Shown here: one piece after another, positions 25,829-37,598 of the stretch | Numbering within the stretch: the first letter of the stretch is position 1 | How the letters are laid out: each line of letters opens with the position of its first letter | Assembly: GCA_964035545.1 (NCBI GenBank) | Contig: OZ037766.1 | Span: forward strand, 26,953,673 to 27,017,672 | Source of the DNA: Bugula neritina | Lineage: Eukaryota > Animalia > Bryozoa | Direction: 5' to 3' | DNA: 64,000 nt | Notes under the pieces: model-generated | The model's input: only the letters and a program-made list of their open reading frames with translations | The model's database searches: none | Told to the model about the DNA's origin: nothing | Position numbers and translations under genes: made by a program

Positions 25829-26523
25829 GTCAGTATCACTACGATAATCATATCTAGTTGATCTAGTTCTACAACTACAAGTACAATCATTTTGAATTTA
25901 GAATTTTAGATAATAATGAATAAATCACTCAATGATTTACCATTACAGTAATACTATCAGTATTAGATTTAGTTATCACCATTATAAAGACGGTAAATGT
26001 AATGAGTATCACTATCAGCATGAGAATCAGTATGAGTATGACTAAGACTAACTCTAACTCTAAGAGTAAGTTTAATCAATAATTATAATCACTAAAGACT
26101 GTGAGTTATTGCAAAATTAAAAGCTAAAATAAAGCATAAATTTAAACCTAAAGTTGAAGGCTAAAAATTAAAGAGTAAAGAATAACTCTAAGACTAAGAG
26201 TAAAATTTAGACTAACAGTAATGAGTAAAGTTTTATGAGCTTAAACTTAAAACCAAAGGCAAAGCTAAAAGTATAACTAAAAGTAAAAGTAAAAGTAAAG
26301 GAATCCGAATATTTTACTTCAGCTCAAAATTAATTTTGAAAGTTAGTTAAAACAAAATAACAGTTAATACAGGTGTAAAATTTTCTAAATATTGTATAGT
26401 CAAAACTAGAACACGCATCGGCCATTAGTACTGGTAGATACTGCAGATTAGATAAACTAAAGTAAATTAGAAAACGCTTGATTTTATAATAATTTAATGT
26501 ACAAAGTGCATGGTTATTGTTGT

Positions 26524-26533
26524 GTCACGTGAC
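26524..26533. promoter_or_regulatory. Palindromic E-box (GTCACGTGAC) in the CpG-richer region upstream of SPCS3
   Basis: Perfect 10-bp palindrome about 210 bp before the SPCS3 ATG, near TTCCGG and GACGTG motifs at ~26649-26661. Confidence 0.35.
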
Positions 26534-26740
26534 CTTTAAATTATCCCAAAGTAGCCGAGTCCACAGTTAAACCTGTACAGGGACATACTCCGAGAATCCC
26601 GATAAGATCGTAACTACTCAAAATGTAGTAATTTGGGCATTTATCAGTTTCCGGCGACGTGTGATTTGGATTGATATTTTTTCCTTAGTTTTGTGACATT
26701 TTTATTCTTTACAACATTAGTTATAAAACCGAAGTTTAAA

Positions 26741-29278
26741 ATGAACACAGTTTTAGGGCGGCTTAATGCTGCCTTTGCATATACCCTTACAGTAATGGCA
26801 GTATTGACTTTTATGTGTTTCTTATCTACATACTATAATGACGATCTAGCTGATGTGAATATCAAAGTAGGGAGTGTTCAAGTGTAAGTTTTTTACTAAT
26901 AGTAATACTAATAGTAATGTTTACAGGTTAATTTTTAGCTCATTAAAATAACATAATTTAAATGTAGATGCTAGGTTGTTAAACATAGTGTAAGCTGATT
27001 ACCATAATGATATTGAACGTGATTCGTGAAATTCAAACTCAAACTGTCCGAAGATTGATCACAACCAAATCCAAGGCAATATGAATATCAATATGAATAT
27101 GAATAACTCAAAGATCTCCACATATACAGGATTAAGTTCCTGTTCAGTCAGTATAGTATAACCAATACTAATTGTATAACTATTGGCCAATGACTGGCCA
27201 ACATTAGTATTACTCATGCAGCACACCCCTCCTCCCTCTACTTCCAGGGCGGTCCGGTGTGAGTGTGATGATCACTTCGACTTCGAGTAAGCTTAAGCTA
27301 TAATCGTAGGCTGAGGGCGTTTTCTTTACTTTTATTTATTGTTCTTTTAAATATGAATGTAAATTTCTCTGTCTAAAATTTACTATTGGTAAGCCATGTA
27401 CCTGTTCTCTTTTATGTACAGTCAGTATTATATATGACATGATATATTAGATCACACATATTACTGATAAATAAGTTTTATTTAGTCTATTGTATTTATG
27501 CAATATACATTGCAGTCCTCTACTATTATCGAATAGGCATATTGTTTGTGCTAAGTAGTTCAGCTTCAAATATGAGCATGACTGACTTACATATATTTCT
27601 TAGCTATATTTACCATGTTTATTTGTAGAAAAAATGTGGCAGATTTTACCACCACTCGGGAGCGTAAAGATCTGGCTATAATAAATAACTTGGGTGTCAA
27701 GGTCGATCTATCTCAAGTTTTCAATTGGAATGTTAAAGAAATATTTTTATACCTTACTGCTGAGTATTCGTCAGATGTGAATGTAAGTTGAATAATATAA
27801 ATATTTAATAGTAGGAATAAGTAAGTTAGATTATAATTGTATAATGATATTGTAGTATTGAAAATATAGAATAATTTATATTTTAGGCTATTGCTGTAAA
27901 TTAGTAAAATTTGCAGAATTTTATGAGCAATTTATAGAAGTTTGCTGATATTGCCAAGGTTTTAAGTAAAGCTGGTGTTCAAGGTTGTAGCTAATCTCAA
28001 TGAATATATTTCACTCCTTAAACAATGTTGTGAGTACACTACACTGTAGCAAATGTAAGCACTATGTAGTGTAGTGTAAATTCATTAGGTTTACAATGTA
28101 ATGGCAGTAAATACATTATAATATAGAGTAAATACATTATAATACATATATATTAAGTACATTATAATATAGAGTAAGTACATTTTAATATAGAGTTAGT
28201 ACATTATGATTTATATTGAGTACATTATAATATAGGTTAAGTACATTATAATATAGAGTAAGTACATTATAATATAGAGTGAGTACATTATACTACAGCT
28301 ATGTGTGATACGTACACAAGTCAGCTGGCCATCAGCATGGTGTAATCTGTTCATATTGATGTTGCAGGCTCTCAACCAGGTGGTGCTCTGGGACAAGATT
28401 GTTATGCGAGAAGATGCTCAGCGTATTGATATTCCTTCGGTGGACCCAGAGTATTATTTCTTTGATGACTCAAAGGGGCTGATGTGAGTGAGACTTCTTT
28501 ACTCTGTATGACATTGTATGTGAAGTATGGCATCAGAATCAAAGTATGACACCATAAAATTATTGTGGCATGTTAAGGCAATGTGTTAGACATTATACAT
28601 TGTGTGTTTGCATAAATTAGCCAATGTTGACTTAGACTTTAGAGCCAAGCAGCAAAACCTGCTGCGACATGGAGTTTTCCCCACCGTCGTAGATCTGTTG
28701 GACTGTTACTATTTATTTGGTTGGGTCTGTGCTCCAGGCAGGTTATGTGGCCTGTTGGTTCATCATCCACACACAAACACACACGACATGGTAGTATATT
28801 GTTACTGCAGCTGTGATATGCTTTGACCAAAGGCTCCTTGACTTTGAATATACAAGATGCTTTTATAAAACAAATGAAATTGGTAACTTTGAAAACACTG
28901 TTTCACTTTTGTTATAGCGATGAGATGTGGTTCTGTTGACTAAATCAAGTGCCCTAAAGTTGCTATAGTTTAGCTACATTTATAAAGGTCGATTGCATAA
29001 GATTACACAGAGTAGGTTACCTAATTTATCTTACAAGTATCCCAAACATAGATTATATGCTATAGAGCTGATGATTGTTACCGTAGACCACATTGAACCT
29101 ACTGTGTCTGTTTGCTGATACATGATTCACTTCTACTTTCAGAGGTAATGAGAACGTAACTCTCACTCTCTCCTGGAATGTAATACCAAATGCTGGCAGA
29201 CTGCCAAGAGTGCAAGGCCTTGGTTCTACAACTGTGAAATTACCTTCCACATATGCTCATTCTAGTGGCAGAATCTAA
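26741..29278 (+). CDS. SPCS3: Signal peptidase complex subunit 3 (SPC22/23), 182 aa, 4 exons
   Basis: Exons 26741-26883, 27629-27782, 28368-28483, 29143-29278 total 549 nt. Protein [20 protein letters not shown]...[16 protein letters not shown]...[10 protein letters not shown]...YYFFDD...[15 protein letters not shown] carries the SPCS3 signature motifs. Confidence 0.96.
28105..28292. repeat. ~21-nt intronic tandem repeat (AAGTACATTATAATATAGAGT)
   Basis: Direct inspection, SPCS3 intron 2. Confidence 0.85.
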
Positions 29279-30485
29279 AACTAATAATGATCTCTTAATA
29301 TGCTTTTAGTTTTGCAAGTTGCATAAAACATTTAGCACAAATAAAATCTTTGACTTTTTCCACGTATTGTCAAATGGTTGATTATTGTAAAGTGAACGTG
29401 TATGAAACATATTAAACCCAGTGGTTTATTGGTCTGCTGGTTACAAGTTGTTTAAAAGTTATATTATTGTCTTTTAATATAATATAGTTGTTGTTAGTTT
29501 TGTTGATGTATGCATGTGTAAAATTATTGTCATAAATAAAGTTGAAACATATTATAGGTTAGTATATTGCATACCTAGTTGTGGTCTGTCTTTATTGTTA
29601 TTATTAAATATTATTTCTTCAACAAATTTATTGTGTTTTAATATATTATAGTTGTTGTTTGTTAATTCGAATACATATGTAACATTATTGTCATAAATAC
29701 AGTTTAAATATATACTATATTATAGCGCACGCTTAAATGTGGCTTTTCTTTATACTTATAGCCTGTACAGCATATACACATATGATTGATATATTATACG
29801 TTACATTGTTTTACATGGAGAATAACTCCGGAATTGCTTGTTGCTCATTTATAATTTCTACACATGTATACACTGCGTTGTTAAAGCATAAGTACTTAAT
29901 TTTAGCTACTTGTGACTAATTAGAACCAATGAAAGTAGTCAGTGTGGCTAGGAATAAGTTTTTCATTTCTGGAAAGTCTCTTAACATCTATGGCAGGCAT
30001 AAACCTATAAACGCAAAATAAATTATATAAATCAGTAACTATACCAATTATACAAAATATTGTGGTGTGTGTAAATGACAAGGTTTTTATTACCTTATCA
30101 TAAATAGAGGAGATATAGAATAAAATTGAAGCCCTTGCCCCATTATTCAAAAGTATGGAAAATAAAATATTTTAACCATCACAATTCACACCAACTACAA
30201 GGAAACTTTTTTTGCTATGCAAACATTAATTTTTGCATTAATATTTAATAAAATATAGCAGCTTTTAATTTCAGCAACCAATAAAAACATATAAATGACT
30301 ACAGATCAAAGCAAAAAAAGCAGTTTAGTTTAGGATGTATAAAAATGTACCCGAAAAAAGTAATACAGTAAACTAAAATAAAATTTTCTTTATACTGCCA
30401 TTTCATCAACCAGCTCAGATGTCATAAACTTCATGCAGCAGAACTTAACTGCTTAGTCTCAATCTTACTGGTGAGTGGTGAGGGT

Positions 30486-33400
30486 TTAGATACAGGCTTC
30501 TATTGCAGCATTATACACCTGAGTGTTATCTGAACATTCAGGCTTTAATATCATGTGAACAACTTCTCCAACATCGTTACTCTTTGCAGCAATAAACCTG
30601 TTCAAAATAGTACAGCATTTATTTTATATACTTCAACTAATCTAAAACCAGGCTTTGTTATGCCTTTTCTGACATTATCAATAGCCAGCTGGTGTTTAAA
30701 CTTTTGACCTAGTACATGGGGCTTAGTATAGACCCGCACTTTAACTCCCATGCTTTAGAAAATAATCAAAATGCATTGCAAAATTGTTATTAAAAAAAAT
30801 ATAAAACTAATATAATTATTTCTGTTGTTAAATTGAATGAAACTTACAGGGGGTCATGATTCAGAACAAAAATTTCTAACAGATGAGCCAAATCACATCG
30901 GTGCAATACGGCATTTATTTTCTCTTTTAATTTAGCTGGAATCTCCTTTGTTTCTTCAAAAAAGAATGTGTCAGTTGGCCAATAGACTGTCAGCTCATCA
31001 CCATCACAGGAATAAGTAAGTTTAACTTCAGAGGAGATAGCAGAATCTAGCAAAAGAAATGTTACAATATGCTCACTTTACATGGAAAGAGAAAAATGCC
31101 AATATTTCATACACCACTACAAATTATAAATGGTTGTCATTGTGCAAACAATATTAAGATTGTGTTAATTATCAAGCCATCAATTACCAGAAAAAGAGGT
31201 TAAATAGCCAATTATAGTGACAGTATAGTGTACAGCTTTGATATATTTTACTAGAGGGTAAACAGTGATAAAGTGTACAACTGACCGTTCTCAAATATTC
31301 TGTTGAACTGACTTCTCTTGGCCCGCAACATGGACTCAAAAACTGTGATTTCAGTAACATTCTTTAAAGCTGAACATGTAGCATCATACATAGATAGCAA
31401 CATCAGTCTTCTAGCAATTGAAGACTCTGTATAGCAGGAAATTATAAACTTGCTTAAATTCACTTATAACTGATCATATACAGTCATTAGTAAAAATTTC
31501 AAGATTTATATAGATATTTAGAAATATAAAATGCGATTGACAATACTTTTTACTGTGACATAATAAGGACAAAATCGAGTGTTGTGCTTTTTCATGACTT
31601 GGTGAACTCCTGCAGGAACAGATATAGCAGACTGGTCAGAAAGACTGGCTTCCCCAGTAGATTTTCCAGGAGTGAGATAAGCCGTGATGTTTTCAAAAGG
31701 ACACCACTTTGGCCGGTTGATTCCTATAAGATAAGAAAAAAATATTTTAAAACTAAAGCAATTTTTATCAAGTTAACTCAATTCTTTTCTATTTTTCTAA
31801 AATTTAGTGAAAGCCTCTTATTATTAGTAAGTTTGAAAAAGCTAATAGATCATTCATAGCTTCAGTATATTACAAATAATATATGAGAAACAAACTCAGC
31901 TACCATCTAAAAAAAATTCTGTTGATTTTTAACTTTCTGAGTCGTTATATGAAGACATATATATCAAAATGATAGATGCTTCTTATTAAACATTTGCTAC
32001 TACTGGGATTCGAACCCGAAATCTCCGGGTTACAAGCAGGCACGCTATGATTACACCACAGGGTACACTAGGTAAACTCAACACTACACTTCTGTTACTC
32101 TGATGTATAGTCATTAAATTGTGTAAACAGTTTTATAGCTGATCAGTAGTTCCACATTTTGAATTAATATGCAGAAATCAGTATACTTTAGCGTAGCTTT
32201 TTTACAATTTACAAGTTGTAAGAGTATACTGAAATGTTAACTATACAGACCACTGAACTTATAAATGTCATTGTCCATTCCAACATACAGGTCATCTCCA
32301 ATTCTTAACAAAGATCGAGGCTTAGATGGCAGTTTGCTACTAACTGTACAAGGATTTTCTCCATTAAAACAGACAGGTCCTACCACCTGGTCATTGAAAT
32401 CTATCAGTCGAAGTGTTTTAGAAGAATGCTCAGCAACTAAAAGAAAGTTGGACCCTACATCTGCCAGCTCATGAAGATGGTGAAACTTAGAGTCTTGAAA
32501 GGTGCCACCAGCATTGCCTGTGGAAGTGGAGCCAGCAAGCTTAGTAACAGTAGCAGAGCCATTATTAAACCAGCTAACTTGTGAAATGAAACCGTCATTT
32601 GCTACTAGTAGCTTGTTTTCTTTCCATGCCAGGCCTTTTGGGTCTTTAAAACCAGTTGAAATGACAGTCTCTAACTTTCTGGTGCTTATATCTATAGACC
32701 TCAATGCGTTGTTACCTTTATCAGTAACTAACAGCTTGTTTGGGTTTCTGACATCTTTTTCCACACTGTAGGGGTAATAAAGTTTCCCAATACCTACTTC
32801 ACCATCAGCAAATCCTCCAACACCACAAGTTCCAGCCAAAGTTTGTATGTTGTTATCTATTTGGTTGAAAACTTGTATGCAGTTTTTATAATGCATTACT
32901 ATTGCAACGTGTGTGCGGTTGATCTGTTTGAATCCAGTTACTTTAAAAAGATAATCTAATTTAGAAGTTGTTTGACCATCAGTGGTTCGAAGTTCACTTA
33001 GATCACTGAAAAGAATACTCCCGTCATTTCTGTACAAGTCTAGCTCCATGTGATACACATAGGAAGAAGAACTTGCAAACTTTACTGATTTGTTGAATGA
33101 CAGACTGTAAAAAAATATTATATTGAAAAGGTAGTTGCTAACTAGTGTTGATTACTTGCTTTATTCACCAGCTTGAACTAAACTTCAAAGATCAGAATAT
33201 AAATATAGATTTGTCTCACCTTGACCAGGACGCAACGCAAGAGTCATTCGCCAAAATAACATTTTCGGTCACCTGAAAGTAGCCAACTGCCATCATTGCT
33301 CAACAGTTAAAGAATAAGCCTAGGGCCACACTGTGCGTATTTTCGCATGCGAACATTGAAACCACAAGTAGCAAAGGTGTCCACTGTAGCGTCAGTGATG

Positions 33401-34349
33401 CGTGATAAATAAAGCTTTCATTTTTAAATAGCACTCGCTTTCATTAAAACGCAATTTACTGGAATTTAGCACTAAAATAATGAAAGTGGGCTCGCTGAAT
33501 ATCTACCAGCCAATTAGGTGACGACGACAGAGCCGATTCGCACTTGCGTGGAGAATGCTGAGCGACAAGTGCGAATGTTTTCTCAACGCGTACAGTGGAC
33601 ACCTTTGCTACTTGTGGTTTCAATGTTCGCATGCGAAAATACGCACAGTGTGGCCCTAGGCTAAGTTAAAATAAAAGTGGTAGTACAGCCTTGCCAATTA
33701 GAGTCTTCAATAAATACACAAAGTTTTTTAATTTTATAAAGCTTCAAACACTAGTGAGTTTTTTTAAAGAGTCAGCCAATCTGCAAATCTTTTTATTGTA
33801 GAATGCAAAATAATTTGCAAAGCAGAAAAACTTTATGCAATTTAGCATTTTCTCTAAAATTCTTTGTTGGAGAACTAAAATCAATTCACCCTTTAATGGC
33901 AAGTATATTTTATTGCGTGTAGGACATGTAATCTGGTTGAAAGGTAGGCTACGGAACAAATGAAAAACATTACATATATCAAAAAGTAGCTTCATGTAGC
34001 TATAAAAGCTTTCATGGATTTTTCAATAATATCTTATATAGCTTTATTACTACAATAGGCATAATATGAATATACAAAAAATTCCATTTATTATTTACAC
34101 ATAACTGCAGATATCTGATATTAACTTTTACAGTATCAGGATTGTTTGGATTTACACTGGAAAAATTGCAAAATTGAGTATATGTTATATATGCAAACAA
34201 TGATATCATAATAATGACTGCAAATTTGAAAGGTCCTCATAATTATTTCTTATTTGTAGTATAATATGTATTGCATATTAATACTTAGCACTTACCAAAA
34301 ATGTTAGGAATCCGAAAATAAGAAGCACTTTTAAAAAGTTTTGTTCCAT
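30486..34349 (-). CDS. Putative secreted NHL-repeat (beta-propeller) protein with HYR-like domain and unknown C-terminal region, 7 exons
   Basis: Exons 34349-34296 (signal-peptide-like MEQNFLKVLLIFGFLTFL), 33272-33220, 33104-32251 (LAGTCG..GFADG..LYYPYSV, LLVTDKGNNALRSID, FKDPKGL), 31723-31547 (PKWCPFENITAYLTPG...FCPYYVTV), 31426-31286, 31046-30848, 30597-30486 join in phase to a TAA stop. Confidence 0.75.
31995..32065 (-). mobile_element. tRNA-derived SINE head or tRNA pseudogene in an intron
   Basis: Minus strand TGGTGTAATC (A-box-like) and GGTTCGAATCCC (B box); acceptor and anticodon stems do not pair well. Confidence 0.55.
33318..33661. mobile_element. PIF/Harbinger-like MITE, copy 2 (inverted relative to 6810-7153)
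   Basis: Same 344-bp length and TIRs, exact TAA TSD, interior is the reverse complement of copy 1. Confidence 0.88.
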
Positions 34350-35252
34350 AATATCAAAATATTTATTGTAAATGTAGAAAATAACTACAAATTTACTCTA
34401 TAATACAGATGTGCAGCCTTTCTCTCTGATATATTTGAACAGTGTGACAGAGCTGATAGAGTTGGTATGTTCGACAAATGAAAGCATCCAAAATATATTA
34501 TAGTGGCTCTAGTATCAATATAGACTTAGATCATACATGTATATCAATAATATAAATGTGACAGTAATTGACTGCACCCGTAACATTAGACATTAGAATA
34601 TATAAAAAGTTCTAATGTTTTGTCATGCTAATTTGGCTACCATAAAATGCATACATTTTAAAGGCTACACTATTTTGTTGTGATGTTTCTATCTTTAGCC
34701 ACAGAAAAAGGGAATTTGTATAATTTGCCACAAAAGGAAATAAATAATCAAAGACTACTCTCGCAATTACTGCTTTTTTTTACGTACAAAGCATAAAAAC
34801 TCAGAGACTATCGAATTTGAAACTGATAATCTAGCTGCCAACTAATTTGCATCACAGGAATATATGACTCAAGAGTCAACATGTATTGGGGATGCACACA
34901 GCTGGAATCATTACTCCATATTCCCAGCAAAGAAATTTCGGCTGTATCTTTCTCTTCATGATTTTCCTATTATACAAGCAATAATTACAACTATGAAAAA
35001 GAGAATAAAACATGCAAATGTGTAAACCGCTAACGTATAGCCATCGAGATTATAAATTGTTAAGCAAAAAACAAAACTATTCATGGTGATGAAAATGTAT
35101 TATATAGATTCTCTCTGCTGCTGAGTTGTTGTTTGCTAGTATATCCTATCTGATGTACTTCAAGTTTTTTCTTTCCAAACAAAATTTTTCTTTGTGTAAA
35201 AATTATAAATTTTTAGTAATGCGGACACTAGCTTTTAGTGAGCAGTGAGGGT

Positions 35253-35364
35253 TTAGATACAGACGTCCCTTACAGCATTATACACCCGTGTGTTATCTGA
35301 ACATTCAGACTTTAATATCATGTGAACAACTGCTCCAGCATCATTGCTTCTGGCAGCAATAAAC
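35253..35364 (-). pseudogene. Orphan duplicate of the last exon of the NHL/HYR gene
   Basis: FIAARSNDAGAVVHMILKSECSDNTRVYNAVRDVCI* versus FIAAKSNDVGEVVHMILKPECSDNTQVYNAAIEACI* (30597-30486); acceptor and flanking intron also conserved. Confidence 0.75.
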
Positions 35365-36189
35365 CTGTTCAAAAGAGATATACAACATTAATTTTATACA
35401 TTTAAACTAATCTAAATTGAATTTCATTTAAAATCTCCATTCCCATGTTGAACCCCTTACAGCAGCAGTTTCAATTGAAGGATTGTGCCGACCACTATTC
35501 TAACAGGTGCAGATAATGTGAACAACTTCTCCAGCGTCATTGCTACAAACTTTTCATTAATTAATTAATGTAATTAATTCTAATTTTAAAAATTTTCACA
35601 TTTGATATCAACTAAATAAGTTCAACTCAAATAATATATATATGAAAGCATGTGCTGAAAGAGAACAAAAATTCTCATAGCATAAAAATGACATTTTGAG
35701 TGCCAAAAATATGCTGGTATAAACAACAGTCTTGCTGTAAACAATTTCTAGATAGCAACAAGAAGCACATTTCCGGGACATGTTGATAACATTTCAACAC
35801 AATTTTGTTACCAGATATTATATATGAACCAATATAAAATATATTTATGCAGACATAAAAACTTGTAAACAACATAAAGTTCTTTTCATTTTTTCTCCTT
35901 AATGAACCAATTAGTTCTCATATAAAACTTATGTGAACATTTTCTGATGCATTTGCAGAAATATTACGAATTGTGTAAAAAAATTAAAACCATGCATATG
36001 ATATCATTATATACATACTTACCCGAAACATAGAAAAATATTTTAATTCAAATGCATGCATATAGATCAACAAAATGATACCCTGTTGTAACAACAATAA
36101 ATAGCTTGCTTTTTTAAACTTTTTTTAGGCCAATAAAAAATTAAATTGTGAGGCGATGGAAAAATTGCGCTGCAATTAACTACTTGTCA

Positions 36190-36317
36190 GTGTGTAAGTG
36201 TGTGTAAGTGTGTGTATGTGTGTGTATGTGTGTGTATGTGTGTGCGTGTGCGCGTGTGTGCGTGTGCGCGTGTGCGCGTGTGCGCGTGTGTGTGTGTGTT
36301 GTGTGTGTGTGTGTGCG

Positions 36318-36388
<71 letters not shown>

Positions 36389-36482
36389 GTGTGGTGTGTG
36401 TGCGTGTGTGTGCGTGTGTGTGTGTGTGTGTGTGCGTGCGTGTGCGTGCGTGTGCGTGTGCGTGCGTGCGTGTGTGTGTGCG

Positions 36483-36513
<31 letters not shown>

Positions 36514-36523
36514 ATGGAGTGTG
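36190..36523. repeat. Long (TG)n/(CG) mixed microsatellite
   Basis: Direct inspection; source of the spurious VC/HT-repeat ORFs. Confidence 0.95.
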
Positions 36524-37598
36524 AAAATTTGTTTATAGTAAAGAAGTGCAACACGTAGTTTGCCATTCAGTCACGGTCAGGCATTATTATAGTAGTATTG
36601 TTCAAATAAAAATGTCAACTAAAAGTTGTTTATGTCTTATTCACTGAAATTTGTTACATGATTTCCTTCACCATAGACAATTTATGCCTTCAATAATATA
36701 TGTGATCACAGCACAAGACAATGTCTTGTATAAATCGTGGTTTGTGTTGATCATAAAAATGTGGGTAATAATATTATTTAAACATAACACATGAACTAAT
36801 AGAACCATGTTGCACGTTCACTATTCAAGTGCCAGAGAAACTGAAATAAAACAAATCTGCTGGTATGATTAAAACATAATTTATTTATGGCAGTCTAAGG
36901 ATTTATGCAAAGTAAAGAGAATAGCAGAATGCAGCTGAGTTTTAAATGAAAAACAGGTATTTGATATATAATATCTTAAAAAAGAAGATGTTCTCTTGCC
37001 TTAAGTTTTATATTAGATTTACATAACATTGATAACAAAAACTGTGTGAAAATAATTTATATTATAATATGTTGCTTATATGCAATTATATTCACACAGT
37101 TGTTGTAATCATTTTTTTATGTAAATTCAATACAAAGCTGAAATAAGAAACTAACTACTACAGTGTCCTATAGCTGATGAATGAAGTATGCAAATACATT
37201 GCTGCTGCTGGAAATAATATTACAGTATTCTGAATTAAATGAAGAGCTGTTTCAAGTAACCAGTATAAAGTCATTTAGAAAAAGGTCAGATGAAAAAACA
37301 TGTGGAGTACATATATAAAAAATAACACATGATTTATGGTATATGTAATATATGTGTAATTCATAATATGTGTAAGGTTTGTTATACGGCTTAATATTTA
37401 TGGCTTGTTAAAGAATAATAGTAGCTTTGACAATTTAGAAAATTATATGCTTAGAAACGTGTAATTTTTGTCTCATTGTAGCCTGTAGGGTGTATATCGT
37501 AATGCAACATGCAATGTAAATTGCATAACAGTATGAATGAAAAACACTAGTTGAAACAAATCTTATTTTTATTTGTGGTATAAGAGACAAAGAAAATA

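Noticed and set aside
27264-27316. Possible C/D box snoRNA in SPCS3 intron 1 (GTGATGA...CTGA)
   Set aside because: Short, no convincing terminal stem, and no rRNA-complementary guide that I could recognise.
28602-28830. ORFs in SPCS3 intron 3
   Set aside because: No domain; splicing from exon 3 into the nearby AG gives an immediate stop; SPCS3 is complete without it.
30396-30452. SECIS-like ATGA...GATG arrangement in the NHL gene 3'UTR (minus strand)
   Set aside because: No in-frame TGA in the gene and no properly spaced apical AA or stem.
31995-32065. Functional tRNA gene
   Set aside because: A and B boxes are present but the acceptor and anticodon stems do not pair; better explained as a SINE head or pseudogene.
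36180-36566. 100+ aa ORFs of VC/HT repeats (also RE/SL at 46028-46271 and HT at 43102-43302, 39601-39945)
   Set aside because: Translations of microsatellites, not genes.
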